A DNA stretch of 64,000 nucleotides from Trichoplax adhaerens (lineage: Eukaryota; Animalia; Placozoa). The notes under the pieces were generated by a model. It was given only the letters and a program-made list of their open reading frames with translations. It did not search any database and was not told the DNA's origin. Below, piece by piece: positions 24,500 to 37,403 of this stretch. The stretch covers positions 1,532,287 to 1,596,286 of the forward strand of contig NW_002060955.1 of assembly GCF_000150275.1 (NCBI RefSeq), written 5' to 3'. Each line of letters opens with the position of its first letter. Position 1 is the first letter of the stretch. A program made the position numbers and the translations under genes.

Positions 24500-27040
24500 A
24501 ATAAGTTAAGGGAACAAAACCTGTATTTCGTTAATAAGAACGGTAAGATAAATTAATATCATTCACTAAGGTTATAATTAAGGAAGTTTTATACATCACA
24601 TACACATAAGATGTCCATGTTCTATAAAATAAGGAAGATTTTATACCACTAATACATTTTAAGTGCATAATATGAGCGAATAGATAGTAATTCTATTTAA
24701 ACAAAGCAAAGTCAACCAACATTTACAGTAAAGTTGAGGGTAAGTCGCTTATTTCTTAGCTCAATTACAGCTTGTATCGTCAGCACAGAAATCCTATTTC
24801 TGCCTTCTAATCAAATCGTAAATATGCCGGTAGATTGCTAACCAAAATTGTTTTCAAGAATGTTTAAATAATATATCACAATTAAGTAGCTGCTAAAAAA
24901 ATATTAAACAACCTAAGGTGAAAGCTGTCGAATAAGTTCCAAAATAACATTAAAATCTAAATACGTGTGATAGTATTATATACTGTACTATGTTAGAGTA
25001 GAAATATCTATGTTGGGATAATTTTGCTTGCCTATCCTTATTTTGATAACTTCTGATTTGGATATACTGTGCTTTAATATGGCACTGACTTTATGTGACA
25101 GTAGGATATATGTATACTGAAATTAATAGTCACATTAGGGAACGCGAATTATCTATTACAGTTCGAATCATTATGATTGTAACTTACTTATGGTCGATTG
25201 TAAATTATCAAGGAAATGTTCTATGATAGGACATATCGTAATCTGACTTTTCTGTATTAGTCATCAGATGTCTATGTTCGTAAATACTATTGTCTGTATC
25301 AAGGAGTAGTAGCTCAAATAAATATCTAATTTAATGAATGATTCCAAAAATTAATCGTACTAGCTATGACTCATGAGCTATTGAAGAAGAGTATAGAAAC
25401 GCAATATATCGTGCTGTAACGGTGCTAACTCACTGTACCAAAATAGTACATGCAATAAAGTCAATTCTTATAATTAATGTTTAACGTAAAATACGAGGCG
25501 TCTAAGCTTTTGTGTAGGCTACTAGTGGAGCAAAAGTGTTCCTGATAGTGCAGATATAGCGTTCCTTAATACATGGTTCAAGGAATAGACTTATTGATCG
25601 TACATTACGTTCTCGTGTTGCAAAGCTGTTTTATAACAATACTATACCAATATAATTCTAAATCTTCATTTATACGCAGATTTAAGACAGTAAAAGAACC
25701 TCATAAATTACAGATATTCTTGATGTGAACAATGTTCAAATAAAATCTAAAATTATAGTCCATGAGATCTGAATTTCCTATTACTAAATTGTCAACAGTA
25801 AAGATATTTCTATTCAAAATGTTCACCAATATCTTTATTTTTAATCTACAAGAATTCAATTGTAAATGACGAAGTTCTTATTTGAAAGTAAAAGCTATCT
25901 TTTGAAACTTTTAATACAATAATAATAGGAATATTATCTTCTAAAATATAAGCTTCAAAGAGATTTCTTTAGCCGGACAAGCCAAATTTATTTATTTCGG
26001 AACAGACTTCTGCAGCTCAAAATATTCAGTATAGAATTGACTACATGAAATTTTGGACTTGAAATAGTGGAGTGCTCTTTGATAACCATGTAAAATCTAC
26101 TCTTGCATACTGATATAATTGGTATATCATTCTTTAAATTGTTAAAATTACCACGACTACATCATATGTAAGCAACATCTTAGGATAATTAATAACTATT
26201 AACAAGATCATAGAATTCTTAAAAAGTGATTTACTAAACATTAATACTTGCCTAGTATAATTTTATAGACAATATCAAAGATTTGAAAAATTACTTTAGA
26301 TATGGAAAATTATACACATGTAACAATTATCTATCACAGGGTGCTCTTATTTTACTCTAATGAAGATAAATAACTCAAATGGACGATTTTCCTTCCATTA
26401 TTAAAAATATAAGCTCTGATTGTTGCTTGATTGCTACTGGTATGAATTGTTTACAAATATAATACTAAAAATAAATTGAGTGTAAACGCAAAGTCTATGA
26501 TGCTGACTCAAGCAACGTAATTAAAAAGACCGGAGTTCTACTTGATATTCATTTCTTGTGAGTTCATTTTTCGATCTATTATCAACACTTATAAATTTTA
26601 GCTATATGAACTCATACTTTCCAGAAATCGTTTATAGCACCGTAGGAATTGATTCTAATCTTCGGATATTAATTTTTCCTCTGTAGGTATTGATTAAAAT
26701 ATTTTTGAAACTTTTGGTCATTTGTTGCAGATACTACGTCCAAGATAAGCAGAAATTGTGCCGATACGCTATCGCGATTTGCGAGGAAAGTTTTAAGGTG
26801 TATGGGATTAATAAGAATCACAACCGTGTAGTTTATATCTCGGCTAAGATATACCAGGGGCAAGATAAAACATCGGAATAGGAAGATCAATGCATGGAAA
26901 TATCTTAAGAGAAGGAAGAAAAAATTGCATACCACTGACTACAAGTACAGTAAAACATTTGTTCTACAGTAAAGAGTCTAATTTTACTAGCATGAATGGC
27001 TAATGAAAAACTACTCGATTCGCTACAAAAAGTTTTAGCC
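24500..27040 (+). pseudogene. Decayed LRR-TM-TIR-TIR (Toll-like receptor-like) ghost 2
   Basis: LRR EILFLPSNQIVNMPVDC (24788) and ILDVNNVQIKS (~25715); TIR box1-like YHRVLLFYSNEDK*LKWTIFLPLLK (26332) followed by KYKL..FTNIILKI; second TIR-like ORF 26690-26881 (KLLVICCRYYV..LCRYAIA..NRVVYI); box3-like LLA*MANEKLLDSLQKVL (26984). Interrupted by solo LTR 24966-25638. Confidence 0.58.
24966..25638 (+). mobile_element. Solo LTR family B
   Basis: TGTGATA..TATAACA, TSD ATACG/ATACT; contains a 36-bp TGTAAC..GTACA insert at 25415-25450. Confidence 0.88.
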
Positions 27041-30000
27041 GTAAGCCTGCATAATTCAAACAATATCATAATCTCAAAGAATTAGATTACATATGGTATA
27101 TCACGAAGCATTTTCAATTTCTACTAATCTTTCTCCACAAGTTATTGATAAATCAAACTTCAAAGCGGCACCAAGTTAGGTTTGAAGTCCGATATTTTCA
27201 TTGTTGCTATATATGAAAGTATAAAGTAAATTATAGAGGTACTTACATAAATCAATGATCCAGAATTAAGTGCTACTAATATTGGCTTCAGAGATCAGAG
27301 CTGAAAAGCAAATTCAAAGCTAATAAAGTACAGTAATCATAGGCATACATTCACCGTAGTCTTGAGATATTTAAAAATTATAATTATTTTAAAAAGAAAA
27401 TTCAATTAGTGCTAGACAGTAGTTCTTTAAATCAATAAATCAGTTGTATTAAACGCTGGTAATCATCTGTAGTTATCTACAACTTATCGAACAGTAATAT
27501 TTCCGAATGTTTTATTACTTCTCATGCATATTTTAGAAAGTAGATGCTAACTTCCGTAACCACGATATTTTTAGTTTATTACAACATTTTTGAAACAATA
27601 CCGTATCGTAATAATCATCAGAGTTTAAATTATGTACTGTGCAGAGACAATATACTCTACATGATAATTTTATTAATTGTCTAACTTGGAATATTCTTCG
27701 CTATCAGAGCCAATTTATTTTCAATTTTTAGGAATTTAAGAATCAAAAATTTCTGAAGACTCACTAGCATATAATAAGCAACGAACATGAATTAAAATGT
27801 TTACCTAAAATAAGACTTCACAGTATGTTTTGCATATAATAATTTCTAATCTACATATCCTGTGTAATAAATGAGAGAACTAAAATTCTATAAACGATCT
27901 ACCTTTACATAAGTCTTGTTACGGTACTTGTGCTTCGACGTGCAAATAACAATAATAACTTAGGTTATTTAAAATTTAAAATTGTAAAATTTGTCGCGAC
28001 CGCGATTTGATAAATCGATTGCATTTTTCTAAATTAGTATGGCTTACATATCATAATCGTTACAAATGGTGATGCCTATCTGCATCACAGTAATGTGTTA
28101 ATCGGTGTCATTGACATAGCTGAAATATTTAAGCTACGCATAAACACTAGACAAGGTAATTTGGAAGATACAGTGGGGGTATTTTAAAGAATTTTTTGGC
28201 GTCAAGGGTTTTATTGTTGCTATTACATCAAAAAATTTGTTGGAATAATAGAATAGGCTTAAGATTACATGAAATTTCATTGTTGTGAATTTGGATTGAA
28301 AATACGCACATGCTTCCGTAAATTAAACCTAATTCATAGCAAACTACCAACTGTAAGTCAGGGCAAGCGAACGAGTAAGATGCCTAGGCTATAATAGATT
28401 TCCAGGATCAGATTGCATTCTTATTTAATGAATTAATATTATCGGAATGTTGCAACGAATCTAAATGACAGCTCAAGATTATTATGCCTATTTATAATTA
28501 AGAATAAGCGGTAGCTAATTTGTAATTCATAGTGAAGACTACGCAAATAATCTTGCATCTGTTCGCGAACAAAGTTGAGAGACATAAAGGCGAGATAGTT
28601 TTAAAAGAGTTCCAGCTCCCATTCAAAAGAAAACTGGTATCGATAACTGCTGGAAGAAGCGGCTATTATATTTGGATCATTGAAGTAAACAAATCTACAA
28701 CGTAGCTAAATCATAATATTAGCACAATCACTTTATCAATGACTGGTAATAAAGTAAAAGAAGTCAAGGAAAATATTTACGGTAACCAAGACAATTTATA
28801 GCCATCGCGTCACCCCTTAAAATTTTTATCAGGTACCAAATACATTATAAGTCAATGCCATGACTGAAATTGCGATACAAGTAAAATATATGATATGAAC
28901 AATCTTCTCCCTCTTTGACCCTGCAAATCTGTGTTATAACTTAATATGAAGTAGACTCCACTCTTTTAATAGTTTTTTCGTACTAATATAATCGGTTCTG
29001 GCCTACCTTTTATCTACGGAGACATTTTTGATCCAGGTGCGCTATACAACCTAAATACAGTAATAGCAGTTTTAGCCTAGTCCAGAGCCACTCATCCAAT
29101 TGATCGCTTAACCATTCTTTATTCATGAATGATGCATGTTCAATGTGTTATATAAATATTAAAAATAGCTACCACTACGATAGGTCCCAAAGGAGATTTG
29201 TAACACTGCATAACAACTACAAAAGAAAAAATTCCCTCTAATATTTATGAGAAAATATTTGATAACATAATTGAATATCAGATTATCCGAGTAGACGATA
29301 ATGATTTCAATTTATTTGCACAATTGAATTCAATTTCATAGCTACTGAAATCTTTTTAGAATTGACAACGTCATGAAAGGCAAATAGTACCTTTATATAG
29401 ATTGACATTTGCCAAAATCTTATTGTAATCGATCCTTTAATTTTGGTAAATTGATGGAAATCTGACAAATTTCTTGGCGTATCTAAGTAGTTTTTATCGT
29501 TAGATGAAGAATAAACTGCTGAATTTTTTAGAATCATTGACAGTTGTACTTTATATCTTCAGGACAGGTCACGAATTAATAGTTGTAGATAATTTTTATT
29601 CTGCATAAGTGGTTTACTACCCAAACATTCTTGCAATTGTATTATTTATAAACTCTATCTTATTTTTTTATGTAATTTCATTAATCAATGCTTAAACTAG
29701 AACAATATTTGTCATCTAGCCTAGCAACAAGGTCATTAAGTAAGCGCATTAATAATATTAAATACCCTACAGGATTTAGAAATTGGAATTTGAACGCGCT
29801 ACAGACAATAAAATATTTATATGTAATTCTCTCCTTTACTATCTCATCATATTTATAGAAATGTGATGTTGAAATTAAAAAAAATTGTTCATCTGGTCTC
29901 TAGCATTTTTGTAGGAATGTTTGAATAACCTGTAAATTATGTCAATTATTCAGGTAAAAATTTTAATTTAGTAGTTATTCAGTAGATGACAGACTTATCC

Positions 30001-30800
30001 ATCTTTTGAATCAAAATTGTACTAATATTAATACACTAATCTTAGATTTCAACTATTTCATTTATTTTTCATACAGAGATATAAATATATCCTAAATATT
30101 TAATTCATAAAAAGCTGTCTGAATTTCAATTAAAAATTTTGTTATCATCTGCATATCTAATTTTCAGAAAATGCAAACAAAGATTAAATGATAAAGCAGT
30201 TACTTGCTCTATCTATTTGGATAATTTAAGAGATTATGAGTACATTATAGATTCTCATTATTATTACTATCATTAATGGTTTTTGTCTGCGTTTGCGATT
30301 GAATTGATCTCCTTAACAATTGTCTGGAACGAGTATTATCCGTTATTAGGCTCTTTGTTAAACAATCATTCAATAAAATTTATTAGTAGTTTAATAATAA
30401 ATGTACCAACTAGTATTTATTACAGGCTCTCCTCAGAAATATTCCATTTGTATCTTCTCTGCCAATTAATAGAAGCATATAAAATTTCTCAAATATTCGA
30501 CATTCGAAAGAAGTGCTGGCCATAAAAGTCACCTCTACAATAATAATTTGAACCTACTTTTAATCTGGATTAGTTTAGACGATGAATCATGTTTAACTAA
30601 TACAATTAGGATTTACTATTGTTTTCTACGTTTGCTGTTAACTTTAATAGTAATTAAAATTCTGCGGTAACAGTAGCTATCAAATAAATCAACGATCCTG
30701 GTTTCTAAGTTATTTAAATTCTTGGGCATAATTGTTCAGCTATTCCATTCGTGATACCTTTTGTTAGAAGAGAGCTAGCGAGTTTATTGGAAGTGAAGTC

Positions 30801-31883
30801 ATGACTGGTTATCATGAAATTTTTGCGAATACTACATACGGTGATCATAGCCATCACGATGATGTTGGTCATACTCATGGTGTGAATGGATTCCATGCAA
30901 CATTCTACTGGATAGCGGCTGTAACAACTATTCCATTTTCTTGCATCGGTTTGATTATGAATGTATTCCTCGCTTTCCTTTTCATTAAGGATAAATTTTT
31001 TCATACTATATCATATACTTTAATGCTGGTTTCCATTATTTCTGATTCTATTTCTAATTTCGCTGTTATAACAAATTACGTCTATTTATTGGGCACAAGT
31101 TTCGATCATAGCTATGGTGTTATATTATGCAAGCTAGTAAACTACTGCTTACTAGCATCATATGGTATATCCATCTTAAATTTATCCTTAATCGGTATCA
31201 CGCGCTATTTCGCTATTGTTAGACCTTATTGTTTATTTTACCGCAAATATAGACACAAAATTATCCTGATAGCAGAATTATTCATTTGCATATCGGCATT
31301 ATCATTAGCAATACCATCTCTATTTTATGTAGAAACCTATCACCAAGATGCCGTACTTTGTGGCTTTATTCGCGTTTCTAAATCTGTCTCAACTTACCTA
31401 ATCACAATAGTATTTTTCCTTTACTTATTACCCTCCATAATTATAGGCCTAGTCTATGGGAGAATTATTAAACATCAGCGTAAATATATTCGACCCGGGC
31501 AACCAAGCAATGAACAACAGGCAGATGAGCGAATTAGAAAACGTAAATTTATTAGGATGCTAATCAGTATTACATTGCCTTACATTTTAATCACCTGGCC
31601 ATATTTTGTGACTTTGGCAGGATTTTCTATTACACATCACTCTATGCGATACCTATTGAACGAAAATAAAGCGTTATTTGTGTTGGCATTTTGTAGCTTA
31701 TCGATCACTTCTAGTATTACCGTATTGAATCCAATTTTCCTTTTAAAATTCGGTAGTTGCATTCGTAGCAGAGTCGTCTTCTTACTAAACAGAATGGGTA
31801 TCACTGCGGCAGCAATTCAACCTGAAATTACTATTGTTGGAAATAAAACTACTATATCTCTATTAGAAAAAAGTAAATCCTAA
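30801..31883 (+). CDS. Intronless class A GPCR, divergent member 3 with His-rich N-terminus
   Basis: 360 aa, clear paralog (HQRKYIRPGQ, ITWPYF, SITVLNP), but DRY->TRY, TM4 Trp->Cys, NPxxY->NPIFL; N-terminus HEIFANTTYGDHSHHDDVGHTHGVNGFH. Confidence 0.92.
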   Translation: MTGYHEIFANTTYGDHSHHDDVGHTHGVNGFHATFYWIAAVTTIPFSCIGLIMNVFLAFLFIKDKFFHTISYTLMLVSIISDSISNFAVITNYVYLLGTSFDHSYGVILCKLVNYCLLASYGISILNLSLIGITRYFAIVRPYCLFYRKYRHKIILIAELFICISALSLAIPSLFYVETYHQDAVLCGFIRVSKSVSTYLITIVFFLYLLPSIIIGLVYGRIIKHQRKYIRPGQPSNEQQADERIRKRKFIRMLISITLPYILITWPYFVTLAGFSITHHSMRYLLNENKALFVLAFCSLSITSSITVLNPIFLLKFGSCIRSRVVFLLNRMGITAAAIQPEITIVGNKTTISLLEKSKS

Positions 31884-34862
31884 ACGAAACCGTAACATTT
31901 TTTTATTAACGTCATAAATCTACACATATCGTTTAACCAAAAATATCAATCTCGTTTATATGAAATTATTACTAGTGATTCTTCAGTATAGTGAACGATT
32001 CTAGTAAAAACAGGATATAATTTCCAATAAAATCTTAATTTGGATATTTCTAAGACCAGCTAACTTGTTAGCTTTTCACTTAGGTAAATTATAGGTTTAC
32101 AATAATTTAAACATAGATTATCACATATTAATCATAACGTTGAACATAGCCTTCACATTCTTACGTGAATGAAAATGAATTTATTATAAAATGTAACATT
32201 AATCTAATAAGTTGCAATGAAGGTAATTTTTGAATCCTCCTTTATAGTACATATTTCCTTTAGAATTGATTGTCATTTGTAAAAATTAAATAATGTAGTT
32301 ATAGAGTTTATGCACACAATGTTATAATTTGAGTAATGTTATTTGATGGCTGAATTTGTTCTAAAATTACACTAGCTGGTTTATTATTACTTCAGCTATA
32401 TAAAACCGATTGCTTTATCTACTTATACCCCGTCTTGTAATTCATAAATGTCACCTTTTCCTAATTTTTATCGTATGCTGCATTCTGTAGATGTTGATTT
32501 TAACCGATTTTTATGCCGCTAAATTGTTAATTTTATGAGCTAACTATCTTAACTTTAACATAATCTTACTAAAATTAATTTATTCATTGCTAGTAAGATA
32601 ATTAAAGTAGGCAAGAAAATTAGTAATTTAGATACGTCCTTTTAATTAACGAAAAGAAAACATTTCAAGTTATCCGTAAGAATTTTTATAAATGCTTAGT
32701 TCTTTCCCTTTATTAATAACTGATTAAGGAACTGTAATCGAATTTCATCTCTACTTCATTTCAATGTTAAATCAGTATTTGGCTTATATGCATCATTTCT
32801 TTTATCCCATTGTTCAATTTATTTATTTTAGAGTTAATAATGATAGTTATCTTCCTGAAAATCAGGTTTACTTTTGGCAATTATTTCCTAGCCAAGTACA
32901 CCTAAAATTTTCTTTTTCTATCTCAAAGCCACACTCAAATTGTATTAATAACTTCGATATCATCATAAATATCTACTCACTTGTTACTACTATATACTGT
33001 CTTTTCACGTCAAGGATAATGATGATAGATAGACTACTTGCTCACAGACTCTAAAGTCAATCTTAGCGTGTTCCATGTTCACTTTATCTATTTATTACTC
33101 ATGGAGTGATTGGCCTTAGTATATATTATTAATCTTTAGGTGTGACCATTTATATAGTGCAATTGTCTTCAATTAGTAATTTTTACATGAGTATAGCTGC
33201 ATGAATTTGACAATGTTTAAGGTCTTCATAAACTAAGTCAATAAAGAGAGCGCTAAGAGGATAATAGATTATTAAATAAATTCTGATCTTTTTTTTCGTC
33301 TATAACTCAACTTCTATAGTTTGGTTTTGTGTTCAGTTACTCATAGGTAACTTTTTATTAAAAATTCAGGACTAAAAAACTTTCATCGCATAAATTCGTA
33401 GCTGATAACCATTACGCGTGCACGTAAAGCTTTAAAATAGATGCAATCTAGTTCTAGATTATTAAACTTAACTTGTATACATTTACCAAGTTATTCCTTT
33501 TGATCCATTATACAAGCGTATAAATCTTCTGCATTAATTGGTTACATTAATTGGTCCCAAGTGATTTAAATCTTTAATCATAGGTATTTTCGTTAAGATT
33601 TTTCATTATCATCAATTTGATATCAGATATAATTTTCTGACCAGAAAATATTAATTCAAAATTTAATAGCCTATTGTTGCATTGGGGCAATTTCAATAAC
33701 TCCAGAACAGTTATTGTTCCAATATTCGTATTTTGATATCCGATGATTGCTTTGAAATCGCATGTGTCATTGTAAAACAGTTTCTCTTACCGAATTTATG
33801 AAATAAAAAGTTGCAATGACCGCGTAATAGACTCTTACTATTGCTGTAGCTTTGCTTACGTAATCCAAAATTTGAGAGAACAAAATTGAGTAATTCTCTA
33901 ATGTGATCCACGAAAGCCAATACCGAAAAAACAGCCTAGAATAATAACATTTATTAGCACGGCCGCCTATCGGAGAAAAATTTTGATTTCCTTCTCACAC
34001 AAGAATAGTTAAAAATGACTAAGAAAAACTGGATAATACCACATAGTCAAATTTTACGAGCAAGTCACTTCCACACAAACTATACAAATAATCGCTTCCA
34101 TTCTATAGCAAAGCAAAGGATATTATGTCTAATATTCGAATCTTATGGCCTATAACTAGCCTTAAGAGAGGAAATACAAATCTTCATTAGTTTTTAAATT
34201 ATATCTTTAATATCAATTAACTATGTAATTTTAAACTTTAGTGATAAAATAGATTTCAATCAAATCTGCAATGTTTGAGTTGAATAAATCCACTGTATAC
34301 GGCAAAAATTAGATCGATTAAACTGCTATTGCCACTGAATTGGACTATAGACAATGTCAACCACAAAATTTATCAAAGATTCCAAATTGATAATAATTAT
34401 AATTATTGAATACCATTCATCAATATTCGGCTAACTAAAAGCTATAGTAATGCTGAGTTAACAGCTGTATGGATATCAGCTCATACCGTTAATATATACA
34501 GTAGGTATAAAAATCTAAAGCATTGAAAATACACTATTGCCCAATTCAGTTAATGCCAATAAATGAAATAATAATGATCAAATTCAGCAAAGAAAATATT
34601 CTACAATTTTGGATTTATCTAATATATTTGCGGATGCTTACTCTCATATCGGCAAAGTCTGATCAGCGATAACAGTCTGATCAGATATCACGACATCGCC
34701 GTTGAATATGTCAGGAGAAAATCAACCGGTACTTGATTTTCTACTTTAAATTCGAACCGTATATGCGATATTTCATATTAAATTGGACGTTATATCGGTC
34801 GAAGCAATATACATATTTACTTATTTACAAATATTTTGCAATCATGTTAATTTATTACCGCG

Positions 34863-35743
34863 CTATGGTATCTCTGTAACTTCATTTACTTTGCGAAAAT
34901 CTACGCACGGACGAAATCCGTGATCCCACTTTTTTACTAATAATAGAGGTGATGCCCAAGGGCTTTTAGACGGGACAATCACACCAAGTCTTAACATTTC
35001 ATCGATCTCTTTATTTACTAGTCTCCATTTAGCATAAGAAATTGCATAGGGCTTCGGCCTAATTAATGTTTGTTTATTCAACCGAATCTTGTACAAAACC
35101 GCATTTGTTCGTCCTAATTCAGTACTAAATAATTCCAGGGATCTACGAATTTATGTTTTGAATGGTTACTATTGCTTCTTATTCAACTTGCTACCAGTTG
35201 AGCATAATTTATAGATTGTTTCTAAATCTTGTTTCGCTTCCGTAACCTGTACTTGATTGATTTCCTCTTCTTCATCTAACCCCCATTTATATTTTTTGAA
35301 TAAATTAATATGCTCTATATGAGTCGGTTTCACTCGATCATCGGTTTGTATTTTATACGGTACACGCAATAGTTTATTTAGTATGGGCCATCATATTTGA
35401 GATCAAGCTTTTTACGGGGTATTGATGAAAAGAACAAAACTCCATCTTCGATCTCTAAACTTCGACTCTTAGCCTTACTATCATAATATTGTTTTCGGTT
35501 CTTCGCCGCCTCCTCTGCTGATGCTTTTGCTTGTTCGAGTAGACTAGCGTAGAGATCTTGAATCTTCATTAACTCGTTGCCCTTCATCTGTTCGATTTCA
35601 CCTTCCTCAGAATTCGTAGTCCATTGTTCTTCATTCTATCTAATGGTCCTCTGACTTTCCAACCATATAATAAATCAAATGGTGCTAACCCAGTAGTTTC
35701 ATGAGCGATGTCTTTGCACACAAATAGTAAGTATGGAAGACAA
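34863..35743 (-). mobile_element. Ty3/Gypsy pol remnant with integrase upstream of RT (Gmr1-like domain order)
   Basis: Minus strand 5'->3': CLPYLLF..HETTGLAPFDLLYGWKVRGPLD (integrase C-terminal core), KQYYD..KLDLKYDGPY (GPY motif), HINLFKKY, then ELFSTELGRT..PKPY..KEIDEMLRLGVIVPSKSPWASPLLLVKK..RPCVDFRKVN (RT N-terminus). Frameshifts and stops present; truncated at both ends. Confidence 0.92.
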
Positions 35744-36321
35744 TGTGACGAAGCTCCCTCCGAAATGAATAATATTTTGATCTAATATGTGTAATAATGT
35801 TATTATGAAGGTTGCTGATCTCAACAATAACCTAGTTGTTAATTGAGTTTTATTATTAATTATCGTAGTAATATACAGAGTGGATATTGTGTTAGCAATT
35901 AAATGTCAAGCTGTGAAGATTATTATGTTGGTTAATAAGGTGTTAATTAATAATATTAATTAGTGGCAAGTATTAAGTAACACTTGATCTATTCGGATCT
36001 ATAGTAAGCCTGTATTGCACATTATATAATTTAATGTTAAAAATTAACACCGGGGTTATTTGTGTGACGCATGAAACTGTATATAAGCTTGATTATTATT
36101 TTTTAATCTCAGTTCCACTGAGGCTAACGTAGAGTACACTGATACAAACGTAAAAGGGCTAGTAATAAATATACTTATTATCCTAAACCTGTCGTTCGAC
36201 TCAATTACTATAGTATAGGAATAACTTAGTTTTCCGTTACTGAGGATCTCCGGAGTTAATCGGAGAACCAGAAGAGTAGATAGACCAGTTTAGGTACGAT
36301 CACAAAAGCTATTTTGTGACA
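35744..36321 (+). mobile_element. LTR family E without TSD
   Basis: TGTGAC..GTGACA; TATATAA ~36080, AATAAA ~36164; flanks GACAA and GGGTT differ. Confidence 0.8.
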
Positions 36322-37403
36322 GGGTTATTAGCTCTAGGTTCGTAATCCGTCAACTCAAAATTCTGAGTTATTAAAATCGAGCAAATCCCTGATGTGACAC
36401 TGCTACAGTGTTATACAATGTAATATCGAGATTATAGTAAAAACTTCTATGTTAGGATGGCTTTGTTGATTTACCCTTATATGAAGAGTTTCTAATTTAG
36501 ATATGTGATATTTAAATATAGCACTAGCTTTTATGGTGATATGTACAGCCTACTGAGATCAGTAGTTTAATTTGGGAATCGGGAATAATCTGCTTACAAT
36601 TCAAATCGCTATGATTGTAGTTTACTGATGGTAGATTGTAGATTATCGTAGAAATGTTCCGTGATAGGACGTATTGTAATCTAACAATTTTATATTAGTC
36701 ATTTGTCGTCTGTGTTCGTAAATACTGTTATCTTCATTACGTAGCAATAGATAAAATTAGCTTTTGATTCATTTTCAGGTTTCAACGTTCAAATTACTAA
36801 CTAGGATATCTTTGCTATTGTAAAAGAGTATATAAATACGATAAATCGTATAATAAACTTAGTTTTTATAATTAGTGTTTAACGTAAGATACGATGCGTC
36901 TAAGCCTTTTTTTAGTCTACTAGCATGGGAAAAGTGTCCCTGATTCGTGGTTCAGGGAATCGACTGTTTGATCGTGCATTACGTTATCTTGTTACAAAGC
37001 TGTTTGTGAAACAGACACAAAATAGTCAACACCGTATAATTGACTTATAACGGTCAAGTTCATTATCGTCCATGTATCCTCCGTCAGAGAAGAATTACAA
37101 CTTCTTCTCTTCATAATAACAGTCGAAAATGGCTAAGACAAACCGGATAATCGACTAAGCCTCCAGAATAACAATTTTATACAACTGAAACAAATTATTA
37201 TCAATTGGTTCTCTACATAGGAGTCATCAATAACGTTAGTACATTGCTCATTACATTACTTAATAAGGCTATCAGCCACGGCCTTATACAGCACATACTA
37301 AATGTTCGCCGTTTCATCATACTAGCCTTACCAACACTTACTTTATTAAGACATACACTGTATTGCATACACAAAACTGTTGTAATTAACTGAAATCACT
37401 ACA
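36322..37403 (-). mobile_element. LTR family C copy (interrupted by B)
   Basis: Homologous to 275-731; ends ACTACA at 37403; left ~12 bp missing. Confidence 0.75.
36401..37013 (+). mobile_element. Solo LTR family B
   Basis: TG..CA ends, TSD GACAC; TATATAAA ~36829, AATAAA 36852. Confidence 0.92.

Noticed and set aside
28540-28720. Kinase-like fragments (EIVLKEF / LLEEAAI)
   Set aside because: No Gly-loop, HRD or DFG motif found; too short to support.
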